This document shows positions 1 through 10,442 of a stretch of DNA of 37,358 nucleotides, piece after piece. Numbering within the stretch: position 1 is the stretch's first letter; each line of letters starts with the position of its first letter. A program made the position numbers and the translations under genes. The stretch is taken from the NCBI GenBank assembly GCA_938091905.1, contig CALKOM010000008.1:1-37358 (forward strand). The letters run 5' to 3'. Below the pieces are notes generated by a model, which was given only the letters and a program-made list of their open reading frames with translations, was not told the DNA's origin and did not search any database. This stretch comes from an uncultured Verrucomicrobiales bacterium. GTDB taxonomy: Bacteria > Verrucomicrobiota > Verrucomicrobiia > Verrucomicrobiales > DEV007.

Positions 1-1629
1 GAGGGTTCTATGATGAGAGCGTCTCCAAAGTGCGTCTGGCCAACCGCGAGAAGACGACTTCCGTAACGTTCGAGATGCTCAATGCCACCGCGCACGGAAT
101 AGGCAATGGGCGGTTCACGCTCCCACGTCTTGCCGTCTGCTTATGTGTAGATGCGACCTGCTGGAAAGCCGGTAAGAACCCATCGCGAATCGATCACTGT
201 CACGTGTCTAAAGAAGGGGTCATGATCTCCGTTTCGATTGGGAGAAAGCCAAGGGGCTAATCCTTCGGTTTGTTGGACCAATAGAGGCTGACACCGTCTC
301 CTGCCGCTACCCAGATTCCGGGGGCGAAGTGAATCGTCTTCAGGGTCTCTTCGCCACCGATTGTTGCCTTGTTTCAAGTGACACCGTCTTCGGAATAGAT
401 GATCGTGCCAGCCAGTTCCAACGGCTGCCCAAGTTCCGTTGCTGTAGTGAATGGCTTCAAGCAGCCCATTGGTGGTGCCAGTATTTGGATGAGAGAGGGC
501 CTGCCAGTTGTTTCCGTCAGAAGATTGCAAAATAATCCTATCCTGACCACTGGCGATAAACAGCCCGTCGTGTAATTCGAGATCGCAAAGGTAGGGTGCT
601 TGCTAGCCGCTAAACTGAGGATGTGCTTTCCAATCTAGGCCATTGTCAGAGTAGGGCAGGCCTCCAAGGCCACCACTCGCAGCTATCCAACAGCCATTGG
701 TATGAGCGATGTCTAACATAAACAGGTCGTCGCCTGCTAGTTGAGCGGATTACTAATTTAAGCCATCGGTTGACATGGCTGCGAATCCTAGATCTACGAA
801 CGTGTCCACGCCACCCGCAATGACCCACCGTCCCTCGGCGTGATCTACCGCATAGAGTTGAATCGACTCGGTTGGATCTTCTTCGAACACGACTTGCTTG
901 GGGGCGGTCCACGCTTTCTCCCAGCTTGAAAGATCTGTGAAAGTGAAGACTTCGCCGAGGCCACTCACTGCGCCCCATCGTTCGTCTGCTTAGTGAATCT
1001 CATCAATGATAGAGTTTGTCGGTATCGTGGCTTCGAGCGTCCATTCGCTCGTGTCTACAGGGGCAAACACTCGTCCAACAGCGTCCGCGACGGCCCATTG
1101 ACCATTCCCCCAAGTGGACGCCCAGATCCAGTCACTATCTCCAACCCTTTGAGGTCGCCGGGCCTGCCCGCCGACAGAAATGAGCACTTAGGTAGAGTCT
1201 CCAGTGACCATCCAAATGCCGCCGTGATGGACGACGTTCTCCCAGAATGTAGGCTCGTCGGTAAGTTGGTGGGTCCATTCGATGCCGTCGGTTGACGTGC
1301 ACAAGCGTCCGTCCGTTCCCATGGGCTGCCGAAGTGAGCTCTTCCCCGGTTCCAGCGCCAAGAGGCCAATATTCGAGGGTAAAAGAGTCCCGTTGCGTCC
1401 AGGTCAGTCCATCGGTGGAGGTGGCGAGATACCCAAAGTCGCCCGCAGCCACCCAGGTGCCATTCCCGAAAGCCACTGTATTGACATCATTGGGCGTTGG
1501 TTTTGGAAACAGGGGCTTCCAGGAGCCGGGTTTCGGAAAATCAGCCTTAGCAGATAGAAGGCTCATGGTAAAAAGAGCGACGAGTATGTAGCTTCTCTTA
1601 AGCTGTCGAGAGAATGGAGTTGAGTTCAT
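1..1629 (-). pseudogene. Decayed secreted beta-propeller repeat protein (GNG-W-x-A-x-G ... S-x-DG-x-x-W repeats); runs off the left edge
   Basis: The signal-peptide start at 1629 (MNSTPFSRQLKRSYILVALFTMSLLSAKA) and the minus-strand fragments join into one repeat protein: VAFGNGTWVAAGDFGYLATSTDGLTW / CTSTDGIEW / TWGNGQWAVAD / STDGLN* / YSDNGLDW / SSDGNNW / YSEDGVT* / YT*ADGKTW. In-frame stops at 1188-1190, 990-992, 750-755 (two), 603-605, 374-376, 257-259 and 141-143. Frameshifts near 1305, 412 and 245. Confidence 0.85.
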
Positions 1630-1699
1630 CTACGAAGAGATAGACACGGCGGCTGAGAAATCTTACACGCTACTTGTGAGTTTAGGCTCTCCTGAAGCT

Positions 1700-2953
1700 A
1701 TGAAATCAATTATCTGCCTCACCTTGATGCTGGCCGTGACCGCTTCTAGCAAGCCGTTCGAGATTAAGGTTCGTCAACTTACTACAGGGCCCGCCACGCA
1801 TTTCTTTGGCTACATTGGACACGTGGGTAATGTGCCCTGGAGTGGTGATGGGCGCTATATCCTCGCCATGCGAACCACGATGCTCGATCACCTGCCGGGT
1901 GCGAACGATCCCGCTGAGATTATTCTGATCGATACACAGAAGGGCGATGCGATCACCTTGGTGGACGAGACTCGCGCATGGAACCCACAACAAGGCACAA
2001 TGTTTTACTGGAACCCGCATGCGTCCGATACGCAGTTCTTCTTCAATGACAGGGATCGCGAAACAGGGAGGGTGTTCACGGTGCTCTATGACATCGTTAA
2101 AAGGGAGCGCATTCGGGAGTATCGTGTTGAGGGGACGGCGGTCGCCAATAGCGGAGTGGCTCAGAAAGGTGGGCATTTCTATGCGATCAACTATGCGAGG
2201 ATGGCTCGATTAAGGAAAGTGACAGGGTATGCGGGCGCGACGGATACGACTGAAGGGGTGGCGCACCCCAAGAACGACGGTGTCTTTAAGATCGGTATCG
2301 AGAATGGCAAGAAGACGTTGTTGGTGTCGTTCCATCGACTTGCAGAAGTGCTGCGGGCTACGGAAAAATACACCAACGTGCCTGCTCTCTTTATCAACCA
2401 TACCTTGGCAAATCGTGAGAATGACAGGGTCTTCTTCTTTGCTCGCGGAGGTTGGGACGGCCATGAGGGGCCCAAGGTAAACCAAGGCTTTGTTATGCGT
2501 CCTGATGGCAGCGAATTAATAGCGATCAAGGACCACATTGGCGGGCATCCGGAGTGGGATGCCGGGCATCGGATGATAGGCCGCATCGACGACAAGCAGG
2601 CGATTTATGATATCGATCGGCAAGAGATGGTGGGCCAGCTCGGGAATCCAGATATCTTTCCTAATCCTGAAGGAGATGTGGCTCTTTCGCCTGATGGCGA
2701 GTGGTTCGTCAACGGCTTTAAGAATCGGAAGGCAAAGAGCACTTACTATGTCGTCTATCGGCGATCGGATGGAGCGTCAGTGAGATCACCGGGGGTCAAC
2801 ATTGGGAACCTAGCCTCAGGGGACTTGCGACAGGATCCATCTCCATGCTGGAATCGCTCTAACAATCAGATTCTTGTGCCTGCTATTGCTGAGGATGGGA
2901 AGAGTCGGCAGCTCTTTGTCCTAACGATCGATTCAGAACCGGATTCGCGATGA
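1700..2953 (+). CDS. Secreted beta-propeller protein (TolB-like / oligogalacturonate-lyase-like)
   Basis: ATG at 1700 starts a signal peptide (MKSIICLTLMLAVTASS). Motifs HFFGY..PWSGDGRY, AWNPQQG, GGHPEW, ALSPDGEW and DPSPCWNRSNNQILV resemble propeller blades. Confidence 0.65.
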   Translation: MKSIICLTLMLAVTASSKPFEIKVRQLTTGPATHFFGYIGHVGNVPWSGDGRYILAMRTTMLDHLPGANDPAEIILIDTQKGDAITLVDETRAWNPQQGTMFYWNPHASDTQFFFNDRDRETGRVFTVLYDIVKRERIREYRVEGTAVANSGVAQKGGHFYAINYARMARLRKVTGYAGATDTTEGVAHPKNDGVFKIGIENGKKTLLVSFHRLAEVLRATEKYTNVPALFINHTLANRENDRVFFFARGGWDGHEGPKVNQGFVMRPDGSELIAIKDHIGGHPEWDAGHRMIGRIDDKQAIYDIDRQEMVGQLGNPDIFPNPEGDVALSPDGEWFVNGFKNRKAKSTYYVVYRRSDGASVRSPGVNIGNLASGDLRQDPSPCWNRSNNQILVPAIAEDGKSRQLFVLTIDSEPDSR

Positions 2954-4038
2954 CGCGACTAGCCACACGGCTGGGGAAACTTGGGCTCTTCTTGGCGAGC
3001 GCGCTGTGTTTGGAAGGGCTTGCTCGTCTGTATGTGCACAAGGTGGCATCCCCTGAGCGTCGTCGACAATTCTCGGTGTATGAGAATCTGCCAGAGCATG
3101 AGCGTCGTGTGACGCCGCATCCCTATTTGGCCTACGTGAACACCCCGCACTTCGAGCGGGGTGCGAAGAGTCACAATGCGCTGGGGTGGCGTGGTCCTGA
3201 GACGTCCTTGGACAAGCCAGAAGGTGTCTTTCGTATTCTTATCTTAGGTGGATCTACGACATACACCGAAGCCGTAGCTGACAACGACCACACGTTTCCT
3301 GTGCAGCTTCAACGATTGCTGCGAGAAGAATACCAGCAATCAACTATCGAGGTTATCAATGGTGGAGTGCCGGGCTACAATTCTTGGGAGTCGTTGGTGA
3401 ATCTTTGTTTTCGCGGAATCACCATGGAACCAGATCTTGTCATTGTACACCACGGGGCCAATGATGTGCACAGTCGCTTTGTGAGGCCAGGTGCCTACCA
3501 TTCGGATAATCGAGGGCGTCGGCAGGCTTGGCAATGGGAAGCGCTTTCTTGGGCAGAAGAAAACGTGACGCTTTATCGAATTATGATGCGTCTGAAGAAA
3601 GGGACTCACGTGGGTTTAGAGCCGTTCGTTGATTCCCCGGATCTTATCGGTCCATACAGTGACTACGAGGATCCGGAACTGGCCTTTGAGAAGTTGCTAG
3701 ATGAGCATCCGGCGATTCATTTCCGAAACAACTTAAGGAATATTTCCGCTATATGTGAGGAACATGGAGCTTCTATGCTCCTAACCACTTGGGCTTGGTG
3801 TCCAGATTTCGAGAATGACTATGCCGGATTTGATTTCTATCAACGTGGCTTCCGTGAGATGAATGCGGTTGTTCTTGCTCTGGCGAAGGAGCGAGGCTGG
3901 CCTTGCTACGATTTTGCGGCTCGAATGTCCCAAGAGAAAGCTCTTTGGGCAGATGGGAGGCATGTAAATGCCGAGGGAGCCCTCGCGAAGGCTCAGTTGT
4001 TCGGCGCCTACCTCGTTGAAAGTGATTTGTTGCCCTGA
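2950..4038 (+). CDS. Membrane-anchored SGNH/GDSL hydrolase family protein
   Basis: N-terminal TM ending in LEGLARL, then SGNH blocks ILILGGSTT, INGGVPGYNS, HGANDV and DGRHVN. ATGA overlap with the upstream gene. Confidence 0.85.
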   Translation: MTRLATRLGKLGLFLASALCLEGLARLYVHKVASPERRRQFSVYENLPEHERRVTPHPYLAYVNTPHFERGAKSHNALGWRGPETSLDKPEGVFRILILGGSTTYTEAVADNDHTFPVQLQRLLREEYQQSTIEVINGGVPGYNSWESLVNLCFRGITMEPDLVIVHHGANDVHSRFVRPGAYHSDNRGRRQAWQWEALSWAEENVTLYRIMMRLKKGTHVGLEPFVDSPDLIGPYSDYEDPELAFEKLLDEHPAIHFRNNLRNISAICEEHGASMLLTTWAWCPDFENDYAGFDFYQRGFREMNAVVLALAKERGWPCYDFAARMSQEKALWADGRHVNAEGALAKAQLFGAYLVESDLLP

Positions 4039-4084
4039 GTTGATCTGATTGCACTCGCGGACGAGTAGGCTAAGCTAACGGTGC

Positions 4085-5329
4085 ATGGTGAGTAATCGAT
4101 GGCGCGGATTGATCAGCTTGGCCCTTCTGTGGGGCACGTTAGCTGCGCTATCTGCCCAGGAGCCAGCCGAGCCCGAAGAAACGCCCGTAGCAGAGGTCGC
4201 CGCTCCGAACGAGGTGGTAGTGGATCCTAACGAGGCCGTGATGGCGCGCATGAACAAGCTTGAGGAGGGGTTGAACTTGGGAATTGCACAGAGTGATGTG
4301 GATATCTTGAGTCGGCTCGAGCATCTTCAGGGACAGATTGATAGAGATAGGACGCTCTCGTGGGTACCGCTGCTCATGATGAGCTTGTTGTTGCTTACAC
4401 CTGTCGCACTATTCATGTTAGGACGATCGCTCACGCAGCGACTTTCTGGTCAAGTGGACGAGTTGAAGCGTCAGCGCTTGCAGCTCGAAAGCGTGGATGA
4501 AAGTTTGCGGGAACTTCCTGCCAAGTTGCCTAAGCCAGCTTTCGATACGTCTGAGTTGGCCGATAGCCTTCGAAAGGAGCTGCGCCAACCTGCGCCAGCA
4601 CCGGTCACACCTCCACCAGTCGTGGCGACCCCGTTCTATCAGAATGCGCAATGGCTCGCCTCGGCCGCTGAGCCGCCACGTAGGTATTTAGATTATCTCG
4701 CTGAACTTCGCCAAGCCGTGAATCAGATCCACGTTGAATTGACCGACTCGGATAATCCGGGGGAAGCCCTGGCCCTCGTAGGGTGGATGTTAGCTCGCTT
4801 TTATGAACGGCAATCGGCCTGCCCGGCAGGACAATGGCGGCAACTCTTGCAGGTGGCTGAGGAAACTGGGTATGTGTATGATCCGGCATTGGGTGACCGC
4901 CTCAGTAAATCACGTAGTGATGAAGAGGCCGCTCGCACCCTGCATCGAGCCCTCTACCGCGAAGTCTTGGAGCAGGGCATTAGTGATCACCTGATTCTTT
5001 TAGAAGAAATACGTCATTTGCCGAATTTCTGTGGCGCAGAGGCGTCCCATGCGACGTGTCAGGCCATCTCGCAGCGCATCGATCCCCTGGTGGAGACCTT
5101 TCTCTCCCAGACGCGCCGCTTGGCGGGCTACACACCAAACCATGTACCTTTATTCTCTGAGTTTACCGAGGAATCTGCACAGTTTCTGCGCAACAACCCC
5201 GCGGAGAAGCTCCCACGCATCTATCAATCCCTGGACTTGCCCCGACGGCAAGTCCTCTACGTGCTCGCTTATGGCTTGCGTCGAGAGCGTGGCTGGGAGA
5301 ATGAAGAGACCCAAGTCATTCTAAGTTAA
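4085..5329 (+). CDS. Hypothetical membrane protein (signal peptide, TM helix, coiled coil, Pro-rich linker, possibly GrpE-like C-terminus)
   Basis: 414-aa ORF. Signal peptide ends LSA/QE; TM segment WVPLLMMSLLLLTPVALFMLG; heptad-rich segment; PAPAPVTPPP linker. Its TAA overlaps the next ATG (TAATG). Confidence 0.75.
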   Translation: MVSNRWRGLISLALLWGTLAALSAQEPAEPEETPVAEVAAPNEVVVDPNEAVMARMNKLEEGLNLGIAQSDVDILSRLEHLQGQIDRDRTLSWVPLLMMSLLLLTPVALFMLGRSLTQRLSGQVDELKRQRLQLESVDESLRELPAKLPKPAFDTSELADSLRKELRQPAPAPVTPPPVVATPFYQNAQWLASAAEPPRRYLDYLAELRQAVNQIHVELTDSDNPGEALALVGWMLARFYERQSACPAGQWRQLLQVAEETGYVYDPALGDRLSKSRSDEEAARTLHRALYREVLEQGISDHLILLEEIRHLPNFCGAEASHATCQAISQRIDPLVETFLSQTRRLAGYTPNHVPLFSEFTEESAQFLRNNPAEKLPRIYQSLDLPRRQVLYVLAYGLRRERGWENEETQVILS

Positions 5330-6612
5330 TGGATTTAGACGCCCTTACAGAACGCTTCAATTCCGTCTAGCCAACGTTACTGCGCTACTTCAACAACGCA
5401 GACCTGCTGAGTCTGAAGTTCTGGATCACGCCTTTGGCGACGATCCTGGTCATGGTCTTTCTCGTCCTCGTCATGGCGAAGATCTTTCGGCGACCGCCCG
5501 CGGTGGATCCTGATGCCCACGCGGGTGATCCGCCCGTGCCATTCTCGAGGATCTTCAATCTTTGGCGGGCGTGGCTCGTGGCTGGTTGTCTCACGGCCTT
5601 GTTGTTGGTTGCCTGGATCACGTTTGTCAGCCGTCGTGGCGAGGCGTTTCGAACGAATTACGAACTGCCGACGCTGATTAGCTTCACCATGGCCATGCTC
5701 TGCCCGGTCATCGCTCTGGTGAAATTGCGCGCAAGCTTTACGCGACAAAAGTTAAAGAACCTCGCACCGCAAGCCCACACGCCCCGCGAAGAGGGGCGCA
5801 CGGTGACTTCTTTGCGTCGAGCCTTCCGTCGATCCAAGGTTTGGTTGTTGGCGCCGCTGCTGGGTTTGGCCGTTCTCTTCATCCCTGGATTGAGTAAACC
5901 TTCCCTAGTTGCTATCTTGCTAGACAATTCTGGAAGCATGGAAGAGCCGATTTCCCAAGCTAGGGAAATCCTTCGCACCGTCTTGCCTCAGTTTCCTGAC
6001 AAGTCTCGCTTCGTTATCACCACCTTCGACCGCGACGCCAGCTTCAGTTCGATTGAGGGCGTGATGGGCGTGACTCCCGGGCAAATTGATTCGCTCTCGG
6101 GCTCCGTCATCACGTTTGAGAATGCGAAAGAAGCGATTCAGCATATCGAGGGTGTTAGCACAGATCAGGGCTCGCCAGTCTGTGAGGGCATTTGGAAAAC
6201 CTACCTTGATGTGAATCAACAGGATCCCATGGTCTTTCCTAATCGTCTCTTTTTGATCATCACGGACGGTAAGGATCGGCGGGTGACATTCAGTGACCAG
6301 AGTACGCAGTATTTCAATGCTGACGAAGGCTTCGCGACGGTCTTTCCGGCCGATATGATGCACTTCATCGATGTGCGTTTGGAGGATGACGCGTCTGACG
6401 AGCCAGCCGAGAACTTCTTCCGCGCCGCAGAGTCTGCCGGAATGACCTACAATGACGCGCAAGATCCTGAGGTTTACCAAAGCGTACTAAAAGGGCTCCT
6501 CAGTCCATGGACCGTGGACAAGGATCTTGTCTTTATCACCGTGCTTGTCTTTGTCCTTTGTGCTCTACTCGCCCTCTTTATTAGCCCTAAACGGATGCAG
6601 CGTGTCCGCTAG
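5329..6612 (+). pseudogene. Multi-TM VWA-domain protein with an early in-frame TAG (could still be expressed from a later start)
   Basis: The coupled ATG at 5329 reads MDLDALTERFNSV*PTLLRYF..., in frame with ORF 5434-6612; TAG at 5368-5370. MIDAS LLDNSGSM ... IITDGKD, about 4 N-terminal TM segments and a C-terminal TM. Alternative in-frame ATG at 5452. Confidence 0.75.
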
Positions 6613-6697
6613 ATTCAGTCATACTTTTACTCATACTCGTAACCCCTCGGTTCCCTTCTCAAATCCTAAATCATCGTTCCTAGATCCTAAATTCCCT

Positions 6698-8130
6698 GTG
6701 TCTATTCGTGGTTTCTTCGCCTTGCAAGCGTTTGCCTACTAGCGTTCGCAACGAGTGTTTACGGCCAAACTTCACAGCTGCCTAAAGACGTCTTTGTCTT
6801 GGTAGATGTGTCCGGTTCCATGACAGGGTCCAAGTTTGGTATTGGCTATTCAAAGGTCCAGGAAGCGAGGAACCTCGTGCGTGATCTTCTGACCGATCGC
6901 TTTGCTTGGACTAACTACCCGAATTGGGAGTACTCGCTCCTTTCTCAAGAGATTCTTGCGATCACGAGCCCTTCAGCGAATCGCAAGCCGCTCTTGCGAT
7001 CTGGCAGTAGGGTCTTTTTGAAGAGCTTTGGTGATCCTGCGACCTCGAAGGCACCTTCGATCGAGCGATTGATCAATGATCCGGGGCGTGATGTGGACTT
7101 GCTCTTTGCTAGTTTCCCGAAGCAGGCGAGCTTCAATGATCAGCGCACGTTCCTCTGGTTGGCTCGCGGAATGACGCGCCGCGAGGCGTTAGAGTGTGGT
7201 CTTAGCTCCTACCTACTCGTCGAGATTACCGATGCTCGCGAAGACAAGGAAAGTTTGGTTGATACGGATGATCAAGTGGCCGTGCGTGAATTCAAGAGCC
7301 TCAAGCACGTTCCGGTCAGTGGGGAGATTGGTGCGTTTACCCACAAGCAGACCAGTGGTGAATATGTCTTGCAGGTGAACATTCGTCTGGTGCGCCTTGC
7401 TGGCGATGCCGGGGCATCTTCGATTTCAAATACCCTCTTGAGTAATCTACGCTTACCGCAAGGTCTGCGTCAGGGTGATGATGCCGTTATTGACTGGGAT
7501 AGTTTCAACGCGTCCGCGGGGCTCACTTACACGGTAGCACTGACGCCACCTAGTGGCGCCCCGCTAACGCAAACTACGCAGGCACCTCCCGTGACGTTCC
7601 CGAGTATGAGCACAGGGAGCCACACGGTGCGTATCTCTGCACCTGGCAGCAGTGAAGTCCAGGGTCAGTTCGACGTTGTTCCTGCTGGTTCTTCTGCACC
7701 GGTTGACCAGAACAACGATTCAACTGTCAGTGAGATTCTCCTGCAAACCCCTCGCAAAGACACTGAGATTTTCACGGGCAGTGTGACCGTTAGCTGGCGA
7801 GTGGTGAACCCACCTGCGGGCTGCAAGTATCTGGTGACGATCACAGGCCCTCCGGGAATGAAGATTCCCAAGAAGACCATCGATGGCACGCGGGCATCGT
7901 TCTCAGTGAGGAAAGCAGGAACGTACCGTGTTCGTGTTGCTGCGACGGTGCGGGGCGTCAAACCTGCTGCGGGCACGTTCAAGGTAAAGAGCGAAAGTGG
8001 CTGGAAGTTTCTCTATGCTCTTCTCACCCTGTTGCCTATCGCGATCATCGCCTATGTGGGCATTCGCCATGCGAAGAAACGGCGCCACGGCGAGGATGAC
8101 TTCGATGCCTACTCCGACAATTTGGACTAG
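6698..8130 (+). pseudogene. Exported VWA + two Fn3/Ig-like domains + C-terminal TM anchor; frameshift within the signal peptide
   Basis: GTG at 6698 gives MSIRGFFA. Restoring one base near 6721 continues LASVCLLAFATSVYG/QTSQLPKDVFVLVDVSGSM into ORF 6799-8130. MIDAS DVSGS ... ITDARED; two beta-sandwich repeats (IDW..YTV..GSHTVRI and VSW..YLV..GTYRVRV); TM followed by RHAKKRRH. Confidence 0.75.
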
Positions 8131-8326
8131 CGTCGTTGTTAGCTTTAATGGGGCGCGAACGGGGACGCCCTTACCTGAAAGTCCGTCTTAGCTGACCCTA
8201 TTCAAACAGTGGGAATGGCACTCTACGAAGAAGGTTGGTATTGCCAGAGGGGAGTTTAGCGTGCTGATGGAGCTGTGATAGTCATTTGATCTTGCGTGGG
8301 GGTAAGGACTTCGACTACGTTCCGGC

Positions 8327-9055
8327 GTGAGGACGAATGTGCGACGATGGATCAAGAAGGCATTTATTCTGGGATTGCTGCTGTCTCTGACGGTCGCGGC
8401 CCAGGGGCGTGAATTCACCAATCTGAAAGGGCAGAAGATGGAAGCCGAGCCAGTAGGTATGGCGGCTGGCAAAGTCATTTTCGAGAAAGCTGATGGGAAG
8501 AAGTTTTCTTATGCCTTGAATGAGCTCATTCCGGCAGATCGTACGTTTCTCAAGGAGTGGGCTAAGACTGCTAAGAGACAGGACAGTCCGTTGAAGGTGA
8601 CCGAGGCGAAGTCCGTTCTGGTCGGCAAGAGAAGGGATACCTCTGTTGGGGCCGCCAAGTCATCAGAGGTATCCCGTGCCTTTGAGGTGGTTCTGAAGAA
8701 TGGCGCGACGGAACTCATCGATGGCTTGATCGTGTGCTACACACTCTTCCCGATGCGCACCGATGGTAATGCGAAGGGACGAAAGAACTCTCGAGAGCCC
8801 CAATCGGGCAAAATCAGGCTGGAGGCGATTCCCAAAGGCGGTCGTACGATCTTCCGAACGAAGCCTGTCGTCTTGAACAGCATGAATTTATCGACGGGTG
8901 CGGGGCGCATACGCTGGGATGAGTCATTGTCAGACGCGAATTTCCACTTCTTCTTTGCGGATCAACTTGTCGCTTCGCATTACGTTGGTGATTTCAAGGA
9001 TGAAGGGACGCCAAGGCCTGAAGATGTGGAGGCCGATTCGGACAATGACTCTTAG
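8327..9055 (+). CDS. Secreted protein with N-terminal SHD1-like domain
   Basis: Signal peptide (…LLLSLTVAAQG) followed by REFTNLKGQKMEAE...VIFEKADGKKFSYALNELIPADRTFLKEW, the SHD1-like pattern common in PVC bacteria. The start may be GTG at 8339. Confidence 0.75.
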   Translation: MRTNVRRWIKKAFILGLLLSLTVAAQGREFTNLKGQKMEAEPVGMAAGKVIFEKADGKKFSYALNELIPADRTFLKEWAKTAKRQDSPLKVTEAKSVLVGKRRDTSVGAAKSSEVSRAFEVVLKNGATELIDGLIVCYTLFPMRTDGNAKGRKNSREPQSGKIRLEAIPKGGRTIFRTKPVVLNSMNLSTGAGRIRWDESLSDANFHFFFADQLVASHYVGDFKDEGTPRPEDVEADSDNDS

Positions 9056-10284
9056 ACTGGCGTTCCTGCAGACCCTTGATCCAGCTGAGAAAAGTCTAGG
9101 GGCGAATGGCGATCAATGGTCGCGGTGACGGCGGGCATGGGATATTTCAGCGCGGTGCCGCAATTGAAAAGCACGGCGGATTCATCCGGCGATACGAGAC
9201 CTTGTTTCAGGGCTTTTTGATAGGCGGCGGCGGTGGCAGCCCCTTCGGGGCCTAACAAGAGGCCTTCTTGGGCGGCGATCTCGTGCTGGGCCGTGAGGAT
9301 GGAGTCGTCCGAGACGGCGATAGCGAACCCACCGCTTTCGCGCACAGCGCGTAGGATGAGGAAATCACCAATGGCCATGGGGACACGGATGCCGGAGGCG
9401 ACGGTGGTGGCGTCTTGCCATTCTTCGGCGAACTCGGCGCCATCCTCAAAGGCGCGGACAATGGGAGCACAACCGTCTGCTTGCACCGCGATCATGCGAG
9501 GACGCTTGGAGTCGATCCAGCCGATGGCTTCCAGTTCGGCAAAGGCTTTCCACATGCCAATAAGCCCCGTGCCTCCACCTGTCGGATAGAAGATCACGTC
9601 CGGCACGGTCCAGCCTAACTGTTCGGCAAGTTCCAAGCCCATCGTTTTCTTCCCCTCGATTCGGTAGGGCTCTTTCAGCGTGGAGAAATCAAACCATCCC
9701 ATGGTTTCCAGGCCACCTTTGACGATCTGTCCACAGTGATGGATGTAGCCGTTCACTTTCCAAACATGCGCGCCTTGCAGGGCGATCTCTCGCACATTCA
9801 CATCTGGCGTGTCCTCTGGACAGAAGACGTAGCTTTCCATTCCCGCGAGCGATCCATAAGCGGCGAGTGCGGCCCCCGCGTTGCCGTTCGTGGGGATGGC
9901 GACGCGTTGGATGCCTAGCTCTTTCGCCATGCTGACAGCCAAGCAGAGACCGCGCGCTTTGAAGGAACCCGTGGGGAGACGAGACTCGTCTTTGACCGTG
10001 ACCTGGCTTTGGCTCCAATGATCTAGTGTGAGCAGGGGCGTACGGGGTTCGCCCAGGGAAAGTCGATTGGCGGCTTGGCGCACGGGCAGGAATTCACGGT
10101 ACCTCCAAAGCTCCTCGGGTCTTTTTGAGAGCGTGTCTTTTGTCAGGTGCTGTCCAAGCGCTTCTAGGTCGTAGCGGACAAGAAGTGGCTTCCCAACTTG
10201 GGACAGGTTCTGAACGGTGTCCGCAGGGAAGCGCTCTCCGGAGAGGCTGCATTCCAAGTGGCTGACAAAGGTGGCATCATTCAT
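9052..10284 (-). CDS. thrC: Threonine synthase (PLP-dependent, fold type II)
   Basis: SLGEPRTPL, KDESRLPTGSFKARG (PLP lysine), TNGNAGAALAAY, EPYRIEGKKTMGLELAEQ, YPTGGGTG, FNCGTALKY. Confidence 0.88.
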   Translation of the reverse strand: MNDATFVSHLECSLSGERFPADTVQNLSQVGKPLLVRYDLEALGQHLTKDTLSKRPEELWRYREFLPVRQAANRLSLGEPRTPLLTLDHWSQSQVTVKDESRLPTGSFKARGLCLAVSMAKELGIQRVAIPTNGNAGAALAAYGSLAGMESYVFCPEDTPDVNVREIALQGAHVWKVNGYIHHCGQIVKGGLETMGWFDFSTLKEPYRIEGKKTMGLELAEQLGWTVPDVIFYPTGGGTGLIGMWKAFAELEAIGWIDSKRPRMIAVQADGCAPIVRAFEDGAEFAEEWQDATTVASGIRVPMAIGDFLILRAVRESGGFAIAVSDDSILTAQHEIAAQEGLLLGPEGAATAAAYQKALKQGLVSPDESAVLFNCGTALKYPMPAVTATIDRHSPLDFSQLDQGSAGTPV

Positions 10285-10442
10285 GGCGGTGGATGTCTTA
10301 CTTATGGATGAGGATGATTGGGGTCAAGCTGCCCCTCTCATTTGGTGAAGAGACGTCGCCACGATGAAGACGACTTTATTGCCTACACGGATGATTTGAA
10401 CTAGCTTTATCCTAGGGAGGTCGAATACGTGTTGGTATAGAG

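Noticed and set aside
6613..6697. Pyrimidine-rich spacer with short repeats (TCATACT x2, ATCCTAAAT x2)
   Set aside because: Too short and irregular for a CRISPR array or a defined repeat element.
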